A stretch of 64,000 nucleotides of DNA from an archaeon (GTDB lineage: Archaea; SpSt-1190; DYHY01): positions 1 through 64,000 of the forward strand of contig JAZDJS010000021.1 of the NCBI GenBank assembly GCA_043803745.1, read 5' to 3'. The number at the start of each line of letters is the position of its first letter. Position 1 is the first letter of the stretch. The notes under the pieces were generated by a model. The model was not told the DNA's origin. It was given only the letters and a program-made list of their open reading frames with translations, and ran no database searches. This document shows positions 27,390-37,417 of the stretch, in pieces. Both the position numbers and the translations under genes were made by a program.

Positions 27390-28282
27390 TTTTTCAAAAG
27401 GACCCAGATTTCCTTTCTCATTATCGGGGGCTTCCTTATTCCAGCTGAACCGGAGAATTTCGCCCCGCCGATTGTTTTCTTGATGAACTCCCTTGCTTCC
27501 GCGGAAGGAGCGAAAAAAACGTTCCTTTTCTTTTCAAGGTCAAGGCAGGAGAGGAATCCTATTGAAACCCCCCGGGCGGAAAAAAGCTTCGGGAGCTCCC
27601 TTGAGAGGAGGGAACGGTTGCGCCTAACGAAACTTGCCCCGTCAGCAGTCTCAATCTGGATTATTCCGACATCGTCTTGGCCTGCAAACTCTTCAGAAAG
27701 AACCTTCCCGAGAGGAATTGAAAAATTTTCGGATGCCTTGAAAAGCCGCTTCAGGAAGCCGTTCGGGAGGCGCGCAATTTTCCTAAGCTTTGAGGCTGCC
27801 CGCCGGTCCCGGCCCGTCGTGACCTTTGAACTGAAGTTAGTTGTGTTGACTGTTATTGCCGAAAGGAGGAGCGCCGCCGAAATCCTTGACGGAACAATCC
27901 CTGCTGAAAAGAACCGCTCGGCAACAAGGGTTGCGGCCGCCCCCACTTGCTCGTTCTGGACCTTCCTTGCGTTAGGGAACAGGTGGAGCTCCCTTGATTT
28001 CCTGTGGTCTATTATCTCGACAACATTTTCAAGGGGAATTTCCTTCGGAAGCCCGCCCAGCTGGCTTGCGTCAACGAGGATTATTTCGTCGCTTTTGGAA
28101 ATCCTTTGCTTTTCTGCCCTTAACTTCAACTCATTCAGAAGAAATTGGCCCATGGGGTCCGGCTTGTCCGAGAAGTGAATCTTGTTCTCTGTTCCGCTCT
28201 TCGAAAGGAACTCGGAATAAGCGAGGATACAGGCAGTGCCATCGGTATCGGGAGACCTGTTCGAGGTTATTATCAGGGACAT
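27386..28282 (-). CDS. DHH-family (family II) inorganic pyrophosphatase-like protein
   Basis: PDTDG, ILVD, IIDHR, VGAAATL, C-terminal MRKEI; several His positions diverged. Confidence 0.75.
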   Translation of the reverse strand: MSLIITSNRSPDTDGTACILAYSEFLSKSGTENKIHFSDKPDPMGQFLLNELKLRAEKQRISKSDEIILVDASQLGGLPKEIPLENVVEIIDHRKSRELHLFPNARKVQNEQVGAAATLVAERFFSAGIVPSRISAALLLSAITVNTTNFSSKVTTGRDRRAASKLRKIARLPNGFLKRLFKASENFSIPLGKVLSEEFAGQDDVGIIQIETADGASFVRRNRSLLSRELPKLFSARGVSIGFLSCLDLEKKRNVFFAPSAEAREFIKKTIGGAKFSGSAGIRKPPIMRKEIWVLLKN

Positions 28283-28283
28283 C

Positions 28284-29267
28284 TCAGATCTTCACCGAAA
28301 GCCTATTCCCCGTTGCGGGAACTGCCTCGAACCCGAGAACCCTGAGGGCGGAAAGGATTGGCGCGTCCTTTTTCGTATGGGCGACGACTACTTTTTCCGG
28401 GTTGCAGCCGGAAACGAAATCAAGGATTTCCTGGAAATCGGCATGGTCGGAAAGGGGGATTGCGGAAGAATATCCCCTGAAGAAGCGCGCGCCGGCAGCC
28501 CAACCGGTGAAAACCGCAGAGCGGAAACCGCTCTTCTCAAGCCTTGCCGAGAATGGCGTGTTCTTGACTGTCAAGGGAGCGACCACAATCACAGGGTCCT
28601 TGGAATGGATAAGCTTGTCAGCCTGCTTCGTGCCGAAGAGGAGGGACGCCCCGACCGGATGGTTGAATTTCTCCGAGATTCTGTTCGCGGCGAAAACCTC
28701 CGCCTGGGCAATCACGGGGATTGAGAGTTCGCTTGCAATCCGGGTTAGGAGCTGGGCCTTGCCATAGGAATAGCCATAGAAGATCGCCCTGCTCCCGGAG
28801 GCTTCGAGAAATTCCTTTGCGGAATCTATTACCGAATCGAGCCGGGGGAAGGAAAATTCGGGCTTGCCGAAGGTTGCGTCGACAATCAGGACCTTGCATT
28901 CCTCGGGGCGGGCGCCCTTGAGGAAGAACCGGTCCCTCGTTGAAAAATCTCCCGTGTAAAGGACCTTTCCCGCCTTGGTTTCAACCGAGATCATCTTGGA
29001 GCCGACCATGTGACCGGCATCGGAAAGCTTCACCCGGTTTATTCTGGGGCTTTCCGGAAGCTCAAGTCCCCATCTTTCCCTTGCAAAAGCCCGTGTTTCC
29101 TTCGAGGCAATCCCGAGCGCATCTGGAAGGAGCTTCCCGGGGAGATGGTCTGTGTGCGCGTGGGAAACGAAGGAAAGTCCTGATGCGGTTTTCCCGTCAA
29201 GGAGGATTGAAAAATCGCTTTCCCTGATCAGGAAGCCTCCTCCGGGGTTTGACGAGATTTCAGCCAT
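28284..29267 (-). CDS. MBL-fold / beta-CASP exonuclease
   Basis: SHAHTDH, AGHMVGS, YTGD, DATFG, YSYGKAQ, TGW, LSDHAD. Confidence 0.9.
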   Translation of the reverse strand: MAEISSNPGGGFLIRESDFSILLDGKTASGLSFVSHAHTDHLPGKLLPDALGIASKETRAFARERWGLELPESPRINRVKLSDAGHMVGSKMISVETKAGKVLYTGDFSTRDRFFLKGARPEECKVLIVDATFGKPEFSFPRLDSVIDSAKEFLEASGSRAIFYGYSYGKAQLLTRIASELSIPVIAQAEVFAANRISEKFNHPVGASLLFGTKQADKLIHSKDPVIVVAPLTVKNTPFSARLEKSGFRSAVFTGWAAGARFFRGYSSAIPLSDHADFQEILDFVSGCNPEKVVVAHTKKDAPILSALRVLGFEAVPATGNRLSVKI

Positions 29268-29307
29268 TTTTTCCTTTTCTTCTTTTCAACGGCGCGGAAG
29301 AAGCTGC

Positions 29308-29514
29308 CTACTCCGCCTTTCCTTCGTGCTTTTCCCTGGTCCTCGAGAAATTGATGTTGTCAACGAAAAGCGCTGCAAGGAGTAATGGTATTGAGAAGGC
29401 GCCTGCAATTGCGGGCCAGTAGGCATAGTTCCAATTCGTTGCCCCTCTGATTATCCCGACAAGGAGGATTCCCGCCAAAATCCCTATTAGGATTTTCTGC
29501 TTCCGTTCTTCCAC
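29308..29514 (-). CDS. small two-TM membrane protein
   Basis: 68 aa with two hydrophobic segments. Confidence 0.6.
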   Translation of the reverse strand: MEERKQKILIGILAGILLVGIIRGATNWNYAYWPAIAGAFSIPLLLAALFVDNINFSRTREKHEGKAE

Positions 29515-29579
29515 GAAGGGGATTTTCCGGCAAGGATATAAAACAGTTGCCCCTTTCTCCCTTGCCGGGGAAAAGTGAA

Positions 29580-30620
29580 ATGGGCCTTCAGATAAGGGAA
29601 ATCATTCCGAAATCCGCCGTTAGCGCGGTTTCCCTGGATTCTTTCAAAGGAACCGTCGTTGCGGTCGATGCATTCAACGCGCTCTACCAGTTCCTTGCGA
29701 CAATCCGGCAGCAGGACGGTACGCCTCTTATGGATTCGGCGGGGAAGGTTACGAGCCATTTGTCCGGGATTTTCTACAGGAACATCCGGCTTCTTGAGGC
29801 TGGGGCGCGGATTGTCTATGTTTTCGACGGGAAAGCCGGGGCTGAAAAGGCGGAGACAATCAGGAAGCGGGAGGAAACCAAGAAGAAAGCCGAGGAGAAA
29901 TACGAGGCAGCTGTTGAGGAAGGGGACCTTGAATCGGCAAGGAAATATGCCCAGGCAACAAGCAGGCTTGACACCCAGATGATTGAGGAGGCGAAAAGCC
30001 TCCTGAAAGCAATGGGAATTCCCGTTGTTAACGCGCCCTCCGAGGGGGAATCCCAGGCAAGCTTCCTTGCAAAGGAAGGGAAAGCGAATTTTGCGGCAAG
30101 CCAGGATTACGACTGCCTCCTTTTCGGCGCGCCAATCCTTGTACGGAACCTGAGCGCAACAAGCAGAAGGCGCGCGCCCGGCGGGAAATATGTCGAGGTT
30201 CCGATTGAGGCAATTGAGCTTGCGAAGGTTCTTGAGGGTTTGAAGCTTGACAGGGAACAGCTTGTTGCGCTCGGGATTCTTGTCGGAACTGATTATAATC
30301 CGGGGGGAATCAAGGGGATTGGCCCGAAAAAGGCGCTCAATTTGATTGAAAGTGAAAAAACCTTTGAAAGGATTTTCAAACAGGTTTCGGACAAATGGAC
30401 TTTCGGGATAACTCCGGAGGAAATCCGGGAGCTTTTTCTGAATCCGAAAGTTGACTCTTCAGTTGAAATCGGCGAGGAAACTCTCGATTCAGCCAAGATA
30501 AAGGAGATTCTTTGCGGCAAGCACGAGTTCTCAGCAGAGAGAATTGATTCATCGCTCAGCAAGCTTCAGAGTATTGTTTCCGAGTCTAAAAAGCAGAAAG
30601 GCTTGAATGAGTGGTTTTAG
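29580..30620 (+). CDS. fen: flap endonuclease 1
   Basis: AVDAFNALYQFL, VFDG, APSEGE.QA, SQDYD, GTDYN, C-terminal PIP box KQKGLNEWF. Confidence 0.97.
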   Translation: MGLQIREIIPKSAVSAVSLDSFKGTVVAVDAFNALYQFLATIRQQDGTPLMDSAGKVTSHLSGIFYRNIRLLEAGARIVYVFDGKAGAEKAETIRKREETKKKAEEKYEAAVEEGDLESARKYAQATSRLDTQMIEEAKSLLKAMGIPVVNAPSEGESQASFLAKEGKANFAASQDYDCLLFGAPILVRNLSATSRRRAPGGKYVEVPIEAIELAKVLEGLKLDREQLVALGILVGTDYNPGGIKGIGPKKALNLIESEKTFERIFKQVSDKWTFGITPEEIRELFLNPKVDSSVEIGEETLDSAKIKEILCGKHEFSAERIDSSLSKLQSIVSESKKQKGLNEWF

Positions 30621-30767
30621 AGCTGAAAAAGAGATTTTCCCGGCTATAGCCCCTAAATGCAAAAACCGAGATTGCATTAACCGTATTTCGTCTGTTTGCG
30701 TTCTTCTTTTCCATTTCCTTGTTTTCCAGGTTCCGGTGTTCTTTTTTCTTTTCTTGATCAGTCCTTT

Positions 30768-30878
30768 TTACTCAACAAGAGCCAATATCTTGCTGAGAAG
30801 AACTGCGTTTGCAGCTACCAGGGCTGCGATTGCTCCCAGTAGTGCTCCTGTCACTACCACGTTCTCCCCCCTCCCCAT
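30768..30878 (-). CDS. 36-aa single-TM microprotein (or 30 aa from GTG 30860)
   Basis: MGRGENVVVTGALLGAIAALVAANAVLLSKILALVE*; TATA-like TTTAAG upstream. Confidence 0.5.
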   Translation of the reverse strand: MGRGENVVVTGALLGAIAALVAANAVLLSKILALVE

Positions 30879-30966
30879 TACATATGCCCTCAATTTGCTT
30901 AAAGAGTTTATTGTAAGTACCTTACAACAGTGCTATTCCTGATTTTGACCGGATAGGGACAAATTT

Positions 30967-31821
30967 TCAATTTCTTGCGCTGAAAAAACCGTCGAAATCC
31001 TCGTATTTTTCCGCCCCGTCAGCTTCCTTAAGGAGCGCAAAGCCGTCCTTCAGGTCCTTCCCAAGGCAGGCTCCGGCAAGGATTGCGGAAACGATCGGGG
31101 TCCTCCGCTTGAACTTCCCAATCCTTTCTTGGGAGAACCTTTCCAAATAGACTTGCTTCTCTCCGGAAGTGAGCTCGTCCCAGGAAACGAACCCCCAGTT
31201 GGAAAAGCCGGAGATTTCCGCTTCATCCCTGACTGATTTTACCAGAGAGAGGGCGCCGTTCAGGGAAGTTGCCCGCTCCTTTCTCCTTGTATGCCAGCCG
31301 GTAAGGGCTTCGCCATAAAGGCAGTCCCCGTCGAAAAGAAGGAGGAGCTTTTCGTGGTTGAGGTTGTATCTCCTGGGGCGGAAGCTTCCGGCCTCGGAAA
31401 TTGGATGGTGTTCCGAAACCCTTGGGAACCCCGTGGGGAACTCTCGGGGAAGGCCGGCAGTAACATAGACGGTTCGCTTTTTCTTGGCAATTTCCGGGCT
31501 GAATGAGGAGCAGCCAATGCTTCCTGGGGAATACTGGGTGTCTGTGTGCTGGTCAACGAATAGGACGGGGTGTTCCGCGGAGTATTTTGCTGAGAAAGGA
31601 TAGTCATAGTGATGAAATGCGTTGGACGGTCCAAGAATGTATGCAGGAACTTGAACCTGTTCGAACGTCTTTAGGAGGGCTGCGTTACCAGGTTCCCATA
31701 TGAAAAAGTCCTCCGCAGGAAGGGGGAGCGGAGCAAGAGTCTCACCCCAGAGGAGCTTGAGAACCTTCGCAGTCCGTTCGGGGGATTCCGAGCCGGCTAT
31801 TTCAAGGGCGTAGCCTTGCAT
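30967..31821 (-). CDS. arginase/ureohydrolase-fold protein (divergent)
   Basis: LGP...FHH, FVDQHTD, IGCSS, LFDGDCL metal-ligand pattern. Confidence 0.7.
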   Translation of the reverse strand: MQGYALEIAGSESPERTAKVLKLLWGETLAPLPLPAEDFFIWEPGNAALLKTFEQVQVPAYILGPSNAFHHYDYPFSAKYSAEHPVLFVDQHTDTQYSPGSIGCSSFSPEIAKKKRTVYVTAGLPREFPTGFPRVSEHHPISEAGSFRPRRYNLNHEKLLLLFDGDCLYGEALTGWHTRRKERATSLNGALSLVKSVRDEAEISGFSNWGFVSWDELTSGEKQVYLERFSQERIGKFKRRTPIVSAILAGACLGKDLKDGFALLKEADGAEKYEDFDGFFSARN

Positions 31822-31950
31822 TCCGAGAGAAAGGAGAGACCACTTAATAATGGTTTCTCAGGCAAATATGTTTCTGAGTTTAATGGTTACTTAAAAGGAG
31901 TAAAAAAAGAAAGGATTATAAGGCTGCCTTGACCGATATAGGCTGCTGAA

Positions 31951-33417
31951 ATGGCGAACTTTGGAACTGAGGAGCTTGAAAGAGAGCTTGGGGGAGCTTT
32001 CGCAATATTCTCAGTTTCTCCCTCCGACCAGGAAAAGATCCGCGCCCGGCTTAAAGAGATCAGGGAAGTTGACGAGGAAACATACCGGCATTCTGTGCGG
32101 GACGGACTGAAAGCTTCTGAAATCGCGAGCTACCTGAATCTTGACCCGAAACCGGCTCTCATTTCAGGGAGCCTTCATGATTTCGGGAAAACTAAAGTTC
32201 CTGAAGCGCTCCTTAGAAAAAAATCCGGCTTTTCCGAGGAAGATTATGCTGTAATGGAAGGGCACGTCCTTGCCGGCTACGAGGCTCTTAAGGTTGATTT
32301 CCCCTTCTCAGCTGAAATCCTCCTAAGGCATCACATATTCCAGGAAAGGGGTTATCCGAAAAGCCTGCCAAAGCCAAGCAAACCATTTTCCGAAGGAACC
32401 CTTGCAACAATCGGCTTCTATTCAAGGCTGCTTGCCCTTGCGGATTTTTACGACGCAATAACAACGAGGAAGAACGACATGTTCGGGGGGGCGCTTTCGA
32501 AAGCTGATGCAAAGGCCATTTTCCTTGCCAAGAGCCCGGACCAAAAAAGGCTGATAAATGCTCTTTACAATAATTCGGTTTTCGACAGCGGGGAGAAAGC
32601 TGATTCCGGAAAGGAGGGAATTTACCCCCTTGCGTTTGGAAGGGCTGCGGAAACCAGGCAACCGCGGGAAATAAGGCGGCTTGTGACCCTTGCCTCCGCC
32701 CTTGAGCCCCTCTCCGACAAACCTGGACTGACAACAAGGCATTCTGACATTAGCAGGCACCTGAAACTTCCCTATTTCGTTGCTTCAGCAATAAACATCG
32801 GGGATGCTTTCGAGGATTTGGCTGAATCCCTGGCCGGAGGGACCCAACCAGATGAAATTTACAGCCACGCCCTTACCGCGCAACTCGAAGCTGTAAGAAA
32901 TAGGGATGGGGGAAGGGTAATACAGGGAGAAATAGAGCTTTTCCTCCCAATTGTTGCGGCGCAGATTCTCTATGACCGGGACAGAACCCTTTCCGTTGAC
33001 GAACTTCTTGGCAAGGCTGTTGAAGTCCTGAAAGCGACGGGTGAAGTGGATGTGAAAAATCTCTGGGAAATGAAAGCTGCCGCGAACGCCCTTTCAGAAT
33101 ATGCGCGGACAGTTCCGGAGCATCCGGAAGCCAAAAGCGTTTACGACTATTACCTCTTCGACCTTGGCTCGTCTGAAGGGAAGCCGACAAGCGTTGCCCA
33201 TAACGGAGAGTTCGTGCGGGGATTCCCAGCTGTCAGGAAAGCTTACGAGCTTATTTCAGGAAGTGGGAAGAAGGATTTCAACAAGCGGGTTGAGGAAGCT
33301 TATGCACAAATCCGGCTCGAAACCCCGGAAGTTTCCCCCGGCTTCACCGCCGACTGCATTGCGGCTGGGATTTACCTAGCGCTTTCCCAGAACCCTAGAG
33401 AGAAATTAATCAAATAA
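31951..33417 (+). CDS. HD-GYP domain fused to a CitG (triphosphoribosyl-dephospho-CoA synthase)-like domain
   Basis: N-term HS.R, LHDFGK, HH...GYP, ADFYDA; C-term ALE...KPGLTTR..D...F.ASA, G.I.LF.P.VAA, SPGFTAD..AA. Confidence 0.75.
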   Translation: MANFGTEELERELGGAFAIFSVSPSDQEKIRARLKEIREVDEETYRHSVRDGLKASEIASYLNLDPKPALISGSLHDFGKTKVPEALLRKKSGFSEEDYAVMEGHVLAGYEALKVDFPFSAEILLRHHIFQERGYPKSLPKPSKPFSEGTLATIGFYSRLLALADFYDAITTRKNDMFGGALSKADAKAIFLAKSPDQKRLINALYNNSVFDSGEKADSGKEGIYPLAFGRAAETRQPREIRRLVTLASALEPLSDKPGLTTRHSDISRHLKLPYFVASAINIGDAFEDLAESLAGGTQPDEIYSHALTAQLEAVRNRDGGRVIQGEIELFLPIVAAQILYDRDRTLSVDELLGKAVEVLKATGEVDVKNLWEMKAAANALSEYARTVPEHPEAKSVYDYYLFDLGSSEGKPTSVAHNGEFVRGFPAVRKAYELISGSGKKDFNKRVEEAYAQIRLETPEVSPGFTADCIAAGIYLALSQNPREKLIK

Positions 33418-33419
33418 GT

Positions 33420-33764
33420 CTAGGCAAAGTTCTCGAAAAGCTCGGATTTCTGGGCCATCAGGGCGGCTCCAATGAAGGAAATCGCGACAAGGAACCGGAG
33501 GATGAAGTCGACAAGGAGGAGAATCGGAATTTCCCCGTGGTTCGTTATTATCTCCGAGGAGATGAAAAGCGTGAACCCGTTGAAGAAAAGCGCGAGATAG
33601 AGGAGGACGAATACGAGGTCGTTCTTGGTCATCGTGACATATGTTTTCGAGACTGTTATCTTCTTGAAGACAATTGACGTGAATATCCGGAGGGCTGCCG
33701 CATAGCCGAGGAGGTAGACTACTGATGCAATGAATCCGGGGGAAATGTGTATGCTTACCGCCAT
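33420..33764 (-). CDS. small three-TM membrane protein
   Basis: 114 aa hydrophobic ORF. Confidence 0.65.
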   Translation of the reverse strand: MAVSIHISPGFIASVVYLLGYAAALRIFTSIVFKKITVSKTYVTMTKNDLVFVLLYLALFFNGFTLFISSEIITNHGEIPILLLVDFILRFLVAISFIGAALMAQKSELFENFA

Positions 33765-33815
33765 CCCCCATTCTAGGCTGCCGATACTATTTAATGAGAT
33801 TGGAAAAACCGCTTT

Positions 33816-34709
33816 TCACCTGACAATCGCGCCCGGATATTTTTCAGCCAGGCTTTCGACTTCGCCGGGGTCGAAGGGAACTGAACTGATGATGATGTCG
33901 GGAGCTTTTGCAAGCCCGTCCTTGTATTTCCTCAAGGCGCCTTCGGGATTCACAAGAAGTTCGCTCAGGAATGCGAGCTCATTACCCGCGGACGGATATT
34001 CCCGAGAGCTTATCGGAAGGGCCTGCCACAGGAAGCCGTACCAGTGTGTTAGGATGTTGTCAGTTACTGCCTCAAGCAGTCCGGGAGTTTTCAAGTTCTT
34101 CCGGGGTTCCGGACGACCCATTCCGGGAACTTTCAGTTCCGGAACATCCCAGCCCGCCGCAACAGTTTCCCCGACACTGGAAATTAGCTCATCGGCTGCG
34201 GAATATCCCGCGCCTTCCCGGAGCTTGGAACGCCTTCCCAGCGACAGGTATTCGCCTTTCGGAAGGGTGAAAAGAACGTCCGGAGGATATTCGGTCTCCG
34301 TCTTGTAGGGAGGGAATTTCCCGGAAAAAACGTGCATAATTCCGTGGGCAATTTCTCTTGAACCGGCCCAGGGGGCAAGGAAAACGATTGGATGACCGCA
34401 CGCGGACTGCTCTGAAAGCAAGGTGTATTCGCTAAGGATGGATTCCCTTGGAAAGTCCGCGAGCTCCCAACCCCCTTCGCACGGAAGGAAGGTTTCCACG
34501 CGTTTGGGACCTCTGGGAAGCGCAGGTACGAAATAAGCGTCAATTGAAACTTCCAGAACCTGTTCAAACTTTCCAGCAATTATTTCCGCCTGTTTTGCAA
34601 TCCTGGAGTATTCTCGCTCAAGGAGAAAGGGCGGGAGGGGAAAAGAGCTTGCTTCGGAAAGCAGAGCAAGATCTTCTTTGCCGAATCCAATTGCGGTCAA
34701 GTCGGGCAT
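33816..34709 (-). CDS. orphan hypothetical protein
   Basis: 297 aa ATG ORF with TTTAAA upstream. Confidence 0.65.
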   Translation of the reverse strand: MPDLTAIGFGKEDLALLSEASSFPLPPFLLEREYSRIAKQAEIIAGKFEQVLEVSIDAYFVPALPRGPKRVETFLPCEGGWELADFPRESILSEYTLLSEQSACGHPIVFLAPWAGSREIAHGIMHVFSGKFPPYKTETEYPPDVLFTLPKGEYLSLGRRSKLREGAGYSAADELISSVGETVAAGWDVPELKVPGMGRPEPRKNLKTPGLLEAVTDNILTHWYGFLWQALPISSREYPSAGNELAFLSELLVNPEGALRKYKDGLAKAPDIIISSVPFDPGEVESLAEKYPGAIVR

Positions 34710-34772
34710 TCTTGCGGGGAAAAATCAGGCTTGCTTTAAAACAATTATCTATTTTCAAGTGGTCAATTCGAC

Positions 34773-35519
34773 TTAGGAATACTTGCCCGTTGAAACCGTC
34801 CCGAACCAGGGCCTCACTTCAACTGCAACGCTCGGATAATTCTCCCCGACCTTTTCAAACCGGAAAAGCGTTGCGTTCTCCGGGCAACCCGGACCTATTT
34901 CGGTGCAGAGGCAGAGGTCGAGGCGCTTGCCAAGCGGCAGTTTGTCCGGAAGAGTCGACCGGTTCCAGGAAACCGACGAATTGTCAATTGAGAAAACTAT
35001 CCTGTCCAAGTCCTCGCGGGGAAGCACTATTTTCCCTGTGTTCCTCAGTTCGGCGCAGAGAATCGGCCCCTCGTGCCAGATTAGTTCCAAGCTATAGGAA
35101 GTCAGCTTATCCCTCTTCAGGTCGGAAAGCTGGAGGGGAGGCTCATTCGGCCCGATAATATCTGCGATGTGAAAGTCAGGAATTGAGAGGATTATCCCGA
35201 AATAGAGGATTAACGGAACCAGGGCAATCAGGGCGATAGGAAGTATTTTCATCAAAAGCGGAGCCTTCTTGGCCCGCCGTATCCGCTCGAGCTGGAGATA
35301 TTTCGAGTTCTGATACTCCTTTATTTTTCCCGTGACAACTGCCTCGCCCTCGAAATCAGGTCCCCAGGCATAGATTGTGTCGCTCGTGTCGGTGATTGTG
35401 AGCCAACCTTCCCCGGCCGGCTTTACGAGCCCGCTGACCTTTGCGGAAGAGTCCACTGGCAGTGCCAAGGCTTCCGAAACTTTCATCAGCGGCTCCAAAG
35501 GGGCTTTTTGCTCCGGCAT
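34773..35519 (-). CDS. membrane protein with an N-terminal OB-fold-like segment
   Basis: LTITDTSDTI..W...VVTGKIKEYQ...LQL, then one TM and a soluble domain. Confidence 0.65.
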   Translation of the reverse strand: MPEQKAPLEPLMKVSEALALPVDSSAKVSGLVKPAGEGWLTITDTSDTIYAWGPDFEGEAVVTGKIKEYQNSKYLQLERIRRAKKAPLLMKILPIALIALVPLILYFGIILSIPDFHIADIIGPNEPPLQLSDLKRDKLTSYSLELIWHEGPILCAELRNTGKIVLPREDLDRIVFSIDNSSVSWNRSTLPDKLPLGKRLDLCLCTEIGPGCPENATLFRFEKVGENYPSVAVEVRPWFGTVSTGKYS

Positions 35520-35816
35520 TTTCCGCTGAACCCCGGATTTCCGTGCTTATAATGTTTGTCGGTTTTCGGGAGCGCCGCTCTTCGAGCTTGGACTCTGCTG
35601 AAATTGGTGGGGGCCTGTCAGAAATTCCGACAGGCCCTGTTTCCCTTGGGAGGGGGGAAAATGAGCAACCGGAGGAATTTTTGTCCAATATAGTATAAAA
35701 GGCTTTTGGTTGTATGGAGCATACAACAGGAATCATTTATAAGTGCTGGCTGCTATTTATTCCAGGGGGGTAAAACCAACTTGACTGCTTCGTCCGGACA
35801 GGGTCCAAACCGCCGC

Positions 35817-36149
35817 ATGGAGGCGATAACTCGGACCTTTGTCAACACAATCAGGCAGGTGACGCCGACCTACCAGAGGAGGATACTCTGCTTCCTTGCG
35901 AAAAACCCCGGGAAGAAATTCACCAACATCCAGGTTTCCCAGTCCCTTTCCGAGGACAGGAGCAACATCTGGAGATTCATGAACGCGATAATCGAGGACT
36001 CCGGGGAGCATGCGATGATTGACAAGATAATCGAGGGCGGGGACATCTACTATAGCTGGAAGGAACCGAAGATAACGATAGACGGGCTGAAGATCTCAGA
36101 AATATTGCGCGTGCTTGAGGAGCTTGAGAAGGAGGCGGAAGAAAAGTAG
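35817..36149 (+). CDS. winged-helix DNA-binding protein
   Basis: YQRRIL.FL....FT..QVS..L..DRSNIWR.M. Confidence 0.6.
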   Translation: MEAITRTFVNTIRQVTPTYQRRILCFLAKNPGKKFTNIQVSQSLSEDRSNIWRFMNAIIEDSGEHAMIDKIIEGGDIYYSWKEPKITIDGLKISEILRVLEELEKEAEEK

Positions 36150-36151
36150 AA

Positions 36152-36784
36152 ATGGAATTCGCCCAGACATTCAGGCTTGCCTCGTTCGGTCTTGTAGGGA
36201 TTCTTGGACTGGCGCTTACCCTGCTGCGCCTGGGCAAGGTTGGAAAGCGGCGACCTTGGCTTTCGGTTGCGGGGATCGGACTTTCCCTTTCATTCGGCTT
36301 TTACACTTTCGCAGAGCTCTACGGGCTTTTCGGGGAACCTGAACGGGAGTTCATACATGCTGCGAGCTTCCTGTTCTTCTGGGCGCTTGCAACGGTCAAT
36401 TTGCTCGGCTGCCAGAGAAGCACGTTCGTTCTTCCCGTGCTTGAAACGGGCGCTGCCGCAGCAGTCTCCTGGCTTGTGCTCGGAGAGAAGGGGCTTTTCT
36501 TCGCCGCAATTGTCGCGCTCGGGGTGACGATGCATTTCACCTCCCTTTACCACGGATTGCTCCGCAGGGTCAACGCCCTTTCGACCGCGCTCAATTTCGG
36601 CGTTGTGCTCTGGATGTTCCACGTTTTCGCGCTCTCGACGGGAGCTTCGCCGCCAGTCTGGCTCGACATCCTGAGGGGGCTCATTGCCCTTGCCTGCCTT
36701 TTCCTTTATTTCAGGTTTGCCTCGCCCCAGATTCTGCAGACAAGGATTCAGGCCAACGCGCTCAAGAAGGCGTTCAAGGTTTGA
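36152..36784 (+). CDS. multi-pass membrane protein
   Basis: About 7 hydrophobic segments; follows the wHTH gene by 2 nt. Confidence 0.7.
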   Translation: MEFAQTFRLASFGLVGILGLALTLLRLGKVGKRRPWLSVAGIGLSLSFGFYTFAELYGLFGEPEREFIHAASFLFFWALATVNLLGCQRSTFVLPVLETGAAAAVSWLVLGEKGLFFAAIVALGVTMHFTSLYHGLLRRVNALSTALNFGVVLWMFHVFALSTGASPPVWLDILRGLIALACLFLYFRFASPQILQTRIQANALKKAFKV

Positions 36785-36797
36785 GAAAATAAAGAGT

Positions 36798-37412
36798 TCA
36801 AAGGGAGCCGCCGCTAACGATTAACTCCCCATTTTCCTGAACGGACACTAGTGTGAATTTCTCATTGACGTAAATTGCCTGCTGCCCGCAAATTTCCGGG
36901 TTAAATCCCTTGTAGACTGCATCAACCTTCCTTGCCAAATCGGAACTCTTGTAGCTTAAGGCGGAGCGCGCCAGCCCCTCCACAAACTTACTCTCATCAT
37001 ATGAACCGTTAAAAGAGATTATAGGAAATCTATCTATTTCAATCAATCGAGTTTCGAATTTTCCTCCCCTGCGCGCCATCGTGTAAATGAAACCTTCATA
37101 AGGCGAAATGCCAAAGCAAACGTCGGTTTTTTCAGCAGATTCAGGTTCCAATTTGGCACTTTTTAATTTCTCAGCTAACTCTTCAAAAGTTTTTGCACCC
37201 GCCAAGTCAAGATGATTGTACTCACCGGGCTTTTCGTTAGGGAGAATGAATGCTTGTTTTTTGTCAGATGTCAGGTGTATTTCTAAGGGAGGTACGTTAG
37301 GAATAGCATAAGAGGCTAACGCAGCACTAGTCGTAGGTTCGTCTGTTGTCGCAATTGCTGAAACGTAACAGTTCGGGACTTCTGAATCGTCCATAGCTAG
37401 TAAACAATCCAA
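36798..37412 (-). CDS. orphan hypothetical protein, visibly AT-richer
   Basis: 204 aa ORF; composition differs from its neighbours. Confidence 0.65.
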   Translation of the reverse strand: MDCLLAMDDSEVPNCYVSAIATTDEPTTSAALASYAIPNVPPLEIHLTSDKKQAFILPNEKPGEYNHLDLAGAKTFEELAEKLKSAKLEPESAEKTDVCFGISPYEGFIYTMARRGGKFETRLIEIDRFPIISFNGSYDESKFVEGLARSALSYKSSDLARKVDAVYKGFNPEICGQQAIYVNEKFTLVSVQENGELIVSGGSL

Positions 37413-37417
37413 CTTCC

